Shown: positions 55,886 through 64,000 of the stretch, in pieces
Layout: every line of letters starts with the position of its first letter
Position numbering within the stretch: position 1 is the first letter of the stretch
Source of the DNA: an uncultured Actinomycetota bacterium
Lineage (GTDB): Bacteria > Actinomycetota > Actinomycetes > Actinomycetales > Dermatophilaceae
NCBI GenBank assembly: GCA_963811825.1
Contig: CAWESS010000007.1
Location: 30,262 to 94,261, forward strand
Direction of reading: 5' to 3'
Length of the DNA stretch: 64,000 nt
Translations under genes and position numbers: made by a program
The notes under the pieces: generated by a model
Seen by the model: only the letters and a program-made list of their open reading frames with translations
Database searches by the model: none
Told to the model about the DNA's origin: nothing

Positions 55886-57055
55886 TCAGGCGGCGTGCAG
55901 GCCGATGAACTCGGCCCGTCGATCGCGAAGAGCCAGCAACAGCTCGTGTTCCTGCTCGATGGCGTGGGCGTCCGCAGCCCGGTGAAGCATTCGGCGACGG
56001 AGCAGCGCCAGCTCGCTCGCGGCATCCTGGAAGGCCCGCATCGCCTTCAGGCCGTCGCGCCCGGTGTTGGCCCTGGCCCAGGCGCGGGCCTCGCGTCGTT
56101 GCGGCATCGAGGAGAGCATGGCGACCTCGGCGGGCGAGAGCCACCCGACGTCGGCGTAGGGCCGCAGGAACTGCCCGATGAGCCGACCCTCCTCACGGCG
56201 GGCCCACCCGACGAACGCGAGGAACGCGAAGAAGATGGGCACCTGGACGAAGAGGTAGACCACGACCATGCCCTGCCCGCCGGACACGGCGGCGAGGTTC
56301 CACAGGCCGTGGCTCAGCACTGCGAGCAGGAACCCCACCACGGGGGCGAACACTCGCGGCATCCACGACCTGCTCGTCGCAGCGACACCGATCCCGATGC
56401 CGGTCAGGATGGTGAACATCGGGTGGGCGAACGGCGACAGGATGCACCGGGCGATGAACGTGCCCGTCAGCAGCTCGCTGCCGCCGTCGGTCCACGCGAC
56501 GGCGAGGTACTGGATGTTCTCGGTGAAGGCGAAGCCGGCGGCGCAGATGCCTGCGTAGACCATGCCGTCGGTGATGCCATCGAACTCGTTGCGGAGGAAC
56601 CACCACACGAACAGGACGAACACCCCCTTCGCAGCCTCCTCCACGAACGGGGCCACGAGGACGGCGGTCGTCGTCAGCGCGGCGTCCGCGTCAGCGGTCG
56701 ACATCGCCTCGATGAGGGCGATGGCGGAGGAGTTGAGGACGGCCGCGACAGCCGCCGCCACGAGCGCTCCCCAGAGGAAGGCGCCGACGAGCAGCCGGTT
56801 CGGCTCCGACTCGAAGCGGTCGAGCCACAAGAAGGTGGGGATGACGATGCCGAGCGGCACGACGGCGGCGGCCAGCGCCAGCAGGGCGGTCTGCACCCCG
56901 AAGGCGGCGCCGAAGTACGCGGCGACGACGATCGCGACCAGCAGGAACCCCAGCCCGGCGACACCTGTCAGGACCCACCCGCGCAGTGCGGGGCGCGTGG
57001 TCGGGTCCCGACGCAGCCGCGGCGCGGGCCGTTGCGTCGTGACGTCGCCGCTCAT
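55886..57055 (-). CDS. prsW: PrsW-family intramembrane metalloprotease
   Basis: [32 protein letters not shown]. Confidence 0.92.
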   Translation of the reverse strand: MSGDVTTQRPAPRLRRDPTTRPALRGWVLTGVAGLGFLLVAIVVAAYFGAAFGVQTALLALAAAVVPLGIVIPTFLWLDRFESEPNRLLVGAFLWGALVAAAVAAVLNSSAIALIEAMSTADADAALTTTAVLVAPFVEEAAKGVFVLFVWWFLRNEFDGITDGMVYAGICAAGFAFTENIQYLAVAWTDGGSELLTGTFIARCILSPFAHPMFTILTGIGIGVAATSRSWMPRVFAPVVGFLLAVLSHGLWNLAAVSGGQGMVVVYLFVQVPIFFAFLAFVGWARREEGRLIGQFLRPYADVGWLSPAEVAMLSSMPQRREARAWARANTGRDGLKAMRAFQDAASELALLRRRMLHRAADAHAIEQEHELLLALRDRRAEFIGLHAA

Positions 57056-57128
57056 GGCACGCGACACTAGCCCAGAAGGGGTGGGACGGACGGGCAACGC
57101 TGAGCGTGCGGCACCTAGCATGTGCCTC

Positions 57129-57815
57129 ATGGCCACCCCCGCGACAGATCGATCACTGAGCGACCGCATCGTCTGGATCGACTGTGAGATGACCGGCCTG
57201 TCGCTGACCCACGACGCCCTCATCGAGGTCGCCGCGCTCGTCACCGACTACGAGCTGACGGTGCTCGGTGACGGTGTGGACGTCGTCATCCGGCCACCGG
57301 ACGAGGCGCTCGCGCAGATGGACGACTTCGTGCGTGACATGCACACCACGTCCGGGCTGCTCGACGTCCTCGAGGGCGGCACGACGCTGGAGCTCGCGCA
57401 GGAGATGGTGCTGGACTACGTGCGCGAATGGTCGCCCGAGCCGGGTCGTTCACCCCTCGGCGGCAACACGGTCGCGACCGACCGGGCCTTCCTCGCCCGC
57501 GACATGCCCGCCCTCGAGAGCCACCTGCACTACCGGATCATCGACGTCTCCTCGATCAAGGAGCTCTCGCGCCGCTGGTACCCGCGGGCCTACTTCGCCG
57601 CGCCGAGCAAGTCGGGCGGTCACCGTGCCCTGGCCGACATCCGCGAGTCGATCGCCGAGCTGCGCTACTACCGCGAGGCGGTGTTCGTACCCCGGCCCGG
57701 GCCGACGACCGAGCAGGCCCGCGCGCTCGCAGCGCCCCACGTCGTCGACCACGGCTCGGCGTCCACGACGTCACCGTCGACGGACCGAGACGTGGTCGAG
57801 AGCACCCCTCCGTAG
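57129..57815 (+). CDS. orn: Oligoribonuclease
   Basis: [33 protein letters not shown]. Confidence 0.97.
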   Translation: MATPATDRSLSDRIVWIDCEMTGLSLTHDALIEVAALVTDYELTVLGDGVDVVIRPPDEALAQMDDFVRDMHTTSGLLDVLEGGTTLELAQEMVLDYVREWSPEPGRSPLGGNTVATDRAFLARDMPALESHLHYRIIDVSSIKELSRRWYPRAYFAAPSKSGGHRALADIRESIAELRYYREAVFVPRPGPTTEQARALAAPHVVDHGSASTTSPSTDRDVVESTPP

Positions 57816-57875
57816 CAGGTACGATGGTTCGCGCTGCGGGCGCAAGGGATCCACGGATGCCGTCGCGCCCGCCGT

Positions 57876-57952
57876 GGTGGGTATAGCTCAGCTGGTAGAG
57901 CATCGCGTTGTGGTCGCGAGGGCCGCGGGTTCAAGTCCCGTTACTCACCCCA
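57876..57952 (+). tRNA. tRNA-His(GTG)
   Basis: G-1; TCGCG-TTGTGGT-CGCGA; CCA encoded. Confidence 0.95.
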
Positions 57953-57959
57953 GGACCGT

Positions 57960-57995
57960 GAGACCCCGATCCGCCTCTGCGGGTCGGGGTTTCAC
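57960..57995 (+). terminator. Hairpin after tRNA-His
   Basis: gagaccccgatccgc-ctct-gcgggtcggggtttc. Confidence 0.65.
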
Positions 57996-58060
57996 GCTGT
58001 CAGTGAAATCGCGGCGAGCCCGCGGCCGATGGTTCTCCACTGCTTTGCAAGGATGGTCGT

Positions 58061-58702
58061 ATGCAGTCACGCCGCTTCGCCACCGTCGTCACGATCGTCA
58101 TCGTGGTGGCGTTCTTCCTCGTTGCCATCGCCCCCGCGTTCGCCTCTCCGGCGCCGGGGACCCTCCCGCTGCACGCGCGGCTGCTCTCCTCGGCGCCTGC
58201 GGACGGGGCCACCCTCGACACCGTGGACCAGGTCGTGCTGACGTTCAACGAGGACGTCAACCCCGACTTCGTCGCCGTGCGTGTCGCCGGGCCCGCCGGT
58301 GGCGAGGCCGAGGGCGCCCCGACCGTCGACGGCCCCACGGTGACGCAGCCCCTCTCGGCACCGTTGGAGGCAGGCGAGCACACCGTGACCTACCGGGTGG
58401 TGAGCAACGACGGGCACCCGATCTCCGGAACCCTGACGTTCACGACGACGGCATCGGCGGTCGCCCCCTCACCCACCCCGAGCACTGCCGAACCGACCCC
58501 GTCGGAGGCCAGCTCCACGGCATCCGCGACGCCCACGCCGTCCGAGTCCCTGACGCCCGCGCCAGAACCCGCTGTCGAGGAAGAAGGGACGTCCCCATGG
58601 GTCGGTGTCGTGATCGCCCTGGGGGTGGCCGCGCTCGCCGCCATCGGGGGCGGCGCGTGGACTCGTCGCCGCGCGCGCCACTCGGACGGCGAACAGGTCT
58701 GA
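58061..58702 (+). CDS. copC: CopC copper-resistance protein with signal peptide and C-terminal TM anchor
   Basis: HARLLSSAPADG, LTFNE, YRVVSNDGHPISG. Confidence 0.9.
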   Translation: MQSRRFATVVTIVIVVAFFLVAIAPAFASPAPGTLPLHARLLSSAPADGATLDTVDQVVLTFNEDVNPDFVAVRVAGPAGGEAEGAPTVDGPTVTQPLSAPLEAGEHTVTYRVVSNDGHPISGTLTFTTTASAVAPSPTPSTAEPTPSEASSTASATPTPSESLTPAPEPAVEEEGTSPWVGVVIALGVAALAAIGGGAWTRRRARHSDGEQV

Positions 58703-58768
58703 CGCGAGGCGCGGGTCGGGCGACTCGATTTCGCGCCGCCGGAGCCCGCCTGCTAATGTCTCCGACGC

Positions 58769-58844
<76 letters not shown>

Positions 58845-58859
58845 CCGCTCATCGAGCGA

Positions 58860-58885
58860 GAGGCTCCCCGACACCGGGGAGCCTC
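58860..58885. terminator. Hairpin between tRNA-Lys and the convergent DUF3618 gene
   Basis: gaggctccccg-acac-cggggagcctc. Confidence 0.75.
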
Positions 58886-58922
58886 ACCTGTGTCACGGCC
58901 CGGAGGACACGTGGCGCCCGGT

Positions 58923-59288
58923 TCAGCCGCGACGGAGGCGCCGCACGATCAGCCACCCACCGACGACCGCCACCACCGCGACCACCGCAGCCAGGCGCTC
59001 GACGCGCAGCTCGCCCTCAGGGGTCGTCGCGACGTCGGCAAAACGCTTCTTGGCGACTTCGGTCTGGCGGTGGATGATCGACGACGGTCGCACCCTCTCG
59101 GTGAGCTCGTCGATGGTCTGGGCGAGCCGTTCACGACGGGCGACGATCTCGGCCTCGAGGGCAGGGATGGACGGGGGAGCTGGCGGGACTGCTGGTGCTG
59201 CGGTTGCGGCGGCTTCTGGTGCTGCGGTGGAGGCGGCTGCCGAGGCGCCGCTCGACGCGCTCGCGGCAGCGGGCTGGGCGTTGCTCAT
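58923..59288 (-). CDS. DUF3618-like small membrane protein
   Basis: LEAEIVARRERLAQTIDELTERVRP; C-terminal TM helix. Confidence 0.8.
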   Translation of the reverse strand: MSNAQPAAASASSGASAAASTAAPEAAATAAPAVPPAPPSIPALEAEIVARRERLAQTIDELTERVRPSSIIHRQTEVAKKRFADVATTPEGELRVERLAAVVAVVAVVGGWLIVRRLRRG

Positions 59289-59295
59289 GAGGTCC

Positions 59296-59766
59296 TCACT
59301 GGAGTCCGAGGTCGCGTCGCAGCTTGGCGACGTGTCCGGTGGCCTTGACGTTGTAGAAGGCGTGCGAGACGGTTCCCTGCTCGTCGACGACGACGGTGCT
59401 GCGGATGACGCCCTGCACCGTCTTCCCGTAGAGCTTCTTCTCGCCGAAGGCGCCCCATGCCGTCATGACAGCCCGATCCGCGTCTGACAGCAGGGTGATC
59501 GTCAGGCCGTCCTTCTCGCGGAACTTCGCGAGCTGTGCGGGCTGGTCGGGTGAGATGCCGAGCACGGTGTAGCCGTGCGCCGCCAAGGACTCGAGGGAGT
59601 CGCTGAAGTCGCAGGCCTGCGTGGTGCACCCGGGTGTCATCGCTGCCGGGTAGAAGTAGACGATGACCTTGCCGCCGCGCAGGTCGCTCAGGGTCACGGA
59701 CGTACCGGTGTCGTCGGGAAGGGTGAAGTCCGGCGCGCTGTCGCCGGGGCCGAGCCGGTCACTCAC
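59296..59766 (-). CDS. bcp: Thioredoxin-dependent thiol peroxidase Bcp
   Basis: YFYPAAMTPGCTTQACDF, YGKTVQGVIRST. Confidence 0.96.
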   Translation of the reverse strand: MSDRLGPGDSAPDFTLPDDTGTSVTLSDLRGGKVIVYFYPAAMTPGCTTQACDFSDSLESLAAHGYTVLGISPDQPAQLAKFREKDGLTITLLSDADRAVMTAWGAFGEKKLYGKTVQGVIRSTVVVDEQGTVSHAFYNVKATGHVAKLRRDLGLQ

Positions 59767-59850
59767 GGTGGCTCCTCGTCATGTCGTCTGGCTGTGGCAC
59801 AAACCTACCCCGCCGGGTGGTCGGTCGAGGCTGTCGCTCCCAACAGGGGT

Positions 59851-59935
59851 TGGTGCGCAAGGCGGGACTCGAACCCGCACACCCGAAGGCACCAGAACCT
59901 AAATCTGGCGCGTCTACCAATTCCGCCACTCGCGC
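59851..59935 (-). tRNA. tRNA-Leu(TAG)
   Basis: CCAGA-TTTAGGT-TCTGG; long variable arm; CCA encoded. Confidence 0.96.
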
Positions 59936-59964
59936 GCGGGCGACAGCCTACGACGGCCCGGTGC

Positions 59965-60603
59965 TCAGGTGCTGAGGAATTCTCGCAGGACAGGTTCGAG
60001 CGCCCGAAAGGCATTGCCCCGGTGGGAGATCGCATTCTTCTCCGCATCCGCGTGCTCAGCGAGCGTTCGCTGCTGCCCCGTGGGGACGAAGACCGGGTCA
60101 TAGCCGAAGCCGTTGGTGCCGCGCGGCCCGCGCACGATCGAACCCTCGACACGTCCTTCGACCCCGTGCACGCGACCGTCCGGCATGGCGAGCACGGCCG
60201 CGCACACGAACGCCGCGGCGCGGTGCTCGTCCGGCACGTCACCGATCTGTTCGAGGAGCAGGTTGAGGTTCGCGCGGTCGATGTCGGCGCGCCCGGCACC
60301 CGGCCCCGCAGAAGATCCCGACCAGCGTGCCGAGAACACACCTGGGCACCCGCCGAGGACGTCGACGGCCAGGCCCGAGTCGTCGGCCACCGCCGGCAGG
60401 CCGGTGGCCTCGGCAAGAGCGACCGCCTTCAGCCGGGCGTTCCCGAAGAAGGTCACCTCGGTCTCGGCGACATCCGGAGCACCCTCGACGTCGCCAGCGC
60501 CGATGATCTCGAGGTCGAGGTCCGCCACGAGACCCGCAAGAATCTGTCCGAGTTCGTGGACCTTGTGCTCATTGCGAGTGGCGAGCACGAGCCGCCGGCT
60601 CAT
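59965..60603 (-). CDS. rdgB: Non-canonical purine NTP pyrophosphatase
   Basis: LATRNEHK, ADDSGL, GFGYDP, SHRG. Confidence 0.96.
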   Translation of the reverse strand: MSRRLVLATRNEHKVHELGQILAGLVADLDLEIIGAGDVEGAPDVAETEVTFFGNARLKAVALAEATGLPAVADDSGLAVDVLGGCPGVFSARWSGSSAGPGAGRADIDRANLNLLLEQIGDVPDEHRAAAFVCAAVLAMPDGRVHGVEGRVEGSIVRGPRGTNGFGYDPVFVPTGQQRTLAEHADAEKNAISHRGNAFRALEPVLREFLST

Positions 60604-60608
60604 GCCAC

Positions 60609-61367
60609 TCACGCCTGACGCTCGCGCGGGGTCTCCTCGAGCGCGGCCTGCTGCACCATGGTGAGCTCGGCACAGCCGACCGTCGCGAGGTCGAGGAGAT
60701 GGCCGAGAACCGCGCGGTCGAACGGGTCCCCCTCCGCCGTGCCCTGCACCTCGACGAAGCGACCGTCCCCGGTCATCACGACGTTCATGTCGGTCTGTGC
60801 GGTGGAGTCCTCCGGGTAGTCCAGGTCGAGCACCGGGCGACCCTTGACGAGCCCGACGCTCACCGCGGCGATCGACCCGGTGAGTGGCTGCGCCGCTGGG
60901 GCGATCAGGCCCTTGGCGCGCGCGTCGGCCACGGCATCCGCCAAGGCCACCCAGGCGCCGGTGATCGCGGCCGTGCGGGTGCCGCCATCGGCCTGGAGCA
61001 CGTCGCAGTCCAGGACGATCGTGTTCTCGCCGAGGGCCTTGGTGTCGATGACCGCCCGCAGGCTGCGGCCGACGAGGCGGCTGATCTCGTGGGTGCGGCC
61101 ACCGACCTTCCCGCGTCGCGACTCGCGGTCGGATCGCGTGTTCGTCGACCTGGGCAGCATCTCGTACTCCGCGGTGACCCATCCGGTACCGCGGCCCTTG
61201 AGCCAGCGGGGAACGCCCGCCGTGAAGGATGCCGCGCACAGGACACGGGTGCGGCCGAACTCGACGAGGACACTGCCTTCCGCGTGGTCCAGCCAGTTGC
61301 GCGTGATGCGCACCTCGCGAAGTTGGTCAGGGGCGCGGCCGTCGTGGCGAACAGACTCGTGGGACAT
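60609..61367 (-). CDS. rph: Ribonuclease PH
   Basis: [28 protein letters not shown]. Confidence 0.98.
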   Translation of the reverse strand: MSHESVRHDGRAPDQLREVRITRNWLDHAEGSVLVEFGRTRVLCAASFTAGVPRWLKGRGTGWVTAEYEMLPRSTNTRSDRESRRGKVGGRTHEISRLVGRSLRAVIDTKALGENTIVLDCDVLQADGGTRTAAITGAWVALADAVADARAKGLIAPAAQPLTGSIAAVSVGLVKGRPVLDLDYPEDSTAQTDMNVVMTGDGRFVEVQGTAEGDPFDRAVLGHLLDLATVGCAELTMVQQAALEETPRERQA

Positions 61368-61385
61368 GAGCCCAAGGTTATGGGG

Positions 61386-62156
61386 TCACAGCTCGTAGAC
61401 CGCGTTCGCCCGGGCGAGCTCGACGGTGCCCGGCCAGATCCCGGCCGCCTGGGCGCGGCAGACCTCCGGATCGTTCCAGGCCGGGATGTGCGTCAGCATG
61501 AGCCGCTTGACCCCGCCGGCCTTCACTGCAGCGGTGGCGGCTCGCGATCCGGACAGGTGGATGCCGGTGATCGCGTCGTCACGCCCGTCGACGAACGCGG
61601 AGTCCATCAGCGCCAGATCGGCGTCGCGAAGCAGGGGTGTGAGGTTGTCGCAGTCGTCCGTGTCACCGGTGTACGCGAGCACTGCTCCGCCGGCCTCGAC
61701 GCGATATCCAAACGCCTCGACGGGATGGTTCATCGCATAGGGCGTCACGGTGAACGGCCCGATGACGAGCGGCTCGGCATCCACGACCACGCGGACGTCG
61801 AACTGAGCCTCCATCCCCCCCGCTTCGAGGCCGTGGTACATCAGCTGCAGCCGTTGAGCCGTGCCCGTCGGCCCATGCACCGGGAGCCGCGACGGAAAGG
61901 GTCCGGCCGGGCGGTAGCGGCGCCAGACGTAGAGGCCACAGAGATCGACACAGTGGTCTGGGTGGAGGTGCGTGAGCACGACGGCATCGAGGTCATCCGG
62001 AGACAGGTGTCGCTGCAGCGCACCGAGCGCGCCGCTTCCGAGGTCGAGAACGATGTTCCAGACCCGCCCCCCGAACTCCTCCTGGATGAGGTACGACGAC
62101 GAAGGTGACGTGGGACCTGCGAAGGATCCTGAGCAGCCGAGGACCGTCACCTTCAT
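61386..62156 (-). CDS. MBL-fold metallohydrolase (RNase Z-like)
   Basis: LGCSGS, THLHPDH, YTGDT, LTH. Confidence 0.92.
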   Translation of the reverse strand: MKVTVLGCSGSFAGPTSPSSSYLIQEEFGGRVWNIVLDLGSGALGALQRHLSPDDLDAVVLTHLHPDHCVDLCGLYVWRRYRPAGPFPSRLPVHGPTGTAQRLQLMYHGLEAGGMEAQFDVRVVVDAEPLVIGPFTVTPYAMNHPVEAFGYRVEAGGAVLAYTGDTDDCDNLTPLLRDADLALMDSAFVDGRDDAITGIHLSGSRAATAAVKAGGVKRLMLTHIPAWNDPEVCRAQAAGIWPGTVELARANAVYEL

Positions 62157-62980
62157 GGGATCACCGGTTTCACCGATGGCTGCGCCAGCGTGTAGACCCG
62201 CCCGAGCTTCGAACCCACCCCGAGAAAACGCGTGGCCAGGCGGCGGAACTCCTCCGGGTCACCTGTCGTGGTGAACCCATGGCTCGGCACGGGGAGGTCG
62301 TCGCCTCGCAGGAGATCGCCATCAGCCAGCACGTGGTAGACGTCCTTCGCGGTCTCCTCCGCCGACGAGACCAGCGTGACGTTGTCTCCCATCACGTAGG
62401 CGATCACCGCCGTGAGGAGTGGGTAGTGCGTGCACCCGAGGACGAGGGTGTCCACGCCACGCTCACGCAGGGGGTCCAGGTACTCGTGCGCGACGTCGAC
62501 GAGATCCGCGCTCCCGGTGATGCCTCGCTCGACGAACTCGACGAACCTGGGGCAGGGGGTGCTGGTCACGTCGAGGTGCGGGGCCGCCGCGAAGGCGTCG
62601 AGGTAGGCCCCTGACTGGTGGGTCCCGAGCGTGGAGATGACGCCGACCCGGCCGTTGCGTGTCGCTGCCGCCGCGCGACGAACCGCGGGGCGGATCACCT
62701 CGACCACTGGCACGTCGTAACGCTCCCGGGCGTCGTGCAGCACCGCGGCACTCGCCGTGTTGCAGGCGATCACCAGGACCTTGACACCGTGGTCGACGAG
62801 CCGGTCAAGGCAGCCCAGTGCCAGTTCGCGCGTTTCCGCGATGGGTCGCGGACCGTACGGCGCATGTGCCGTGTCACCGAAGTAGGCGACCGACTCGTGT
62901 GGCAACTGGTCGAGGATCGCACGCATGACGGTGAGGCCGCCGTACCCGGAGTCGAAGACCCCGATGGGTGAGTCCGTCAC
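62153..62980 (-). CDS. murI: Glutamate racemase
   Basis: [23 protein letters not shown]. Confidence 0.98.
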   Translation of the reverse strand: MTDSPIGVFDSGYGGLTVMRAILDQLPHESVAYFGDTAHAPYGPRPIAETRELALGCLDRLVDHGVKVLVIACNTASAAVLHDARERYDVPVVEVIRPAVRRAAAATRNGRVGVISTLGTHQSGAYLDAFAAAPHLDVTSTPCPRFVEFVERGITGSADLVDVAHEYLDPLRERGVDTLVLGCTHYPLLTAVIAYVMGDNVTLVSSAEETAKDVYHVLADGDLLRGDDLPVPSHGFTTTGDPEEFRRLATRFLGVGSKLGRVYTLAQPSVKPVIP

Positions 62981-63061
62981 GGGCTTACCGTAGGCCAGTC
63001 GCGCGAGATCGGCAGCGGGCGCGGCCGTGATCTGCGTCGCGTCGAACGCGCACCTCCACCG

Positions 63062-63740
63062 TCACGCTGTGAGCATCGCGGATGCGAGGGTCTCCTGGAG
63101 CCAGGTGAGGAAGTCGTACACGGCCAGGGCGTAGGCCAGCGGGTCGTCCGGGTCGAGGTCGCCGGCCGCGGCCTCCAACGCGTCCAGGTCCGCGTCGGTG
63201 CGCAGCCCCATCCGTTCGCCGAGCACGAGCCGGACGTCGGTCAGGGCGGTGAGGACCGCTCGGGCCTGGCCCTCGTCGAGCACGATCTTGTCCTCGTGGC
63301 GCAGGAGGCCAGCCGCCTGCGCCAGGACCGCCGCCTTGCGCTGCCGCAGCCCGGTCTCGGTGAGCCGGCGGAACTCCGCTGCGGCTTCGTCGTCCTGTCG
63401 GTTGGCCGTCGGCAGGAGTCGGTCCAGGGCCGGGTCGCGATCGGCCGCGGAGGCCACGAGATCGTCCTGGTCCTCGGCCGCCAGCGTGACCCCCATCCCC
63501 AGCCCGGCGACGATCGACGCGAACTCGTCGGTCGCCCCGGAAGCCACCCACCGACTCCCCCGCCGCATCCGACTCCCCGGCGCCGGCCGCGCCGTCCGAG
63601 CCCACCGTCGACAGAGGCGGCGGCTCGAGCAGGTCGTGCACCTGTTCCATCAGGCCCGCGACGGTGGCGCGCTCGAGCGGGTCCAGGCGCGCGGCATACG
63701 ACGCGTTCCTCCCCCGCCCCTTGCGGCGGAACCCGCGGGC
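63062..63740 (-). CDS. DUF2017-family protein (frameshift near 63560)
   Basis: DPALDRLLP, EFRRLTE..L, LTDVRL.LG.R, YDFLTWLQE; located after clpS. Confidence 0.85.
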
Positions 63741-63742
63741 CA

Positions 63743-64000
63743 TCAGGAGTCCTTCTGGAAGGTCGCCCACAGGCCGTAGCCCTGCAGGGCCTCGGTGTCG
63801 GCCTCCATGGCCTCGCGCGTGCCGTTCGCGACGACGGCCCGACCCTGGGTGTGGACGTCCATCATCAGCTTCTCGGCCTTGGCACGGGAGTAGCCGAAGT
63901 GGTTCTGCAACACGTAGGTCACGTAGGACATGAGGTTGACCGGGTCGTTCCACACGATCGTGATCCACGGGATGTCGGGCGCGAGGTCCCCGCCGGTGGC
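63743..64000 (-). CDS. clpS: Clp protease adaptor ClpS (start outside window)
   Basis: [28 protein letters not shown]. Confidence 0.95.
   Translation of the reverse strand, partial: ATGGDLAPDIPWITIVWNDPVNLMSYVTYVLQNHFGYSRAKAEKLMMDVHTQGRAVVANGTREAMEADTEALQGYGLWATFQKDS

Overview
High-GC (about 72%) actinobacterial chromosome segment. The gene set and order suggest Micrococcales, possibly Intrasporangiaceae (inference). It is mostly core genome: the 3' part of valS, clpP1-clpP2-clpX, tig, trkH/trkA, trmB, rpiB, pepN, treX-treY-treZ, an RqlH-type RecQ helicase, a dynamin-like GTPase pair followed by ssb and ettA, orn, bcp, and clpS-DUF2017-murI-MBL-rph-rdgB. Six tRNAs are present: Gly-TCC, Pro-TGG, Arg-TCT, His-GTG, Lys-CTT and Leu-TAG. 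About 18 genes, including essential valS, carry single-base frameshifts. I read these as sequencing indels, not pseudogenes. No CRISPR array, intact transposase, integrase or phage gene is visible. The strongest unexplained signal is a non-palindromic motif, GGATGCCGT/ACGGCATCC (core CGGCATMC). I counted about 42 exact copies by hand against roughly 1 expected from base composition. It occurs on both strands, is written into coding sequence with otherwise rare codons, and forms the arms of a REP-like hairpin. Other leads are a ~460-bp MITE/BIME-like mosaic, att-like scars at tRNA-Pro and tRNA-Arg (the latter with a possible toxin remnant), DnaA boxes upstream of the ssb paralog, ClgR-like boxes, and a standalone C39-like peptidase downstream of clpX.
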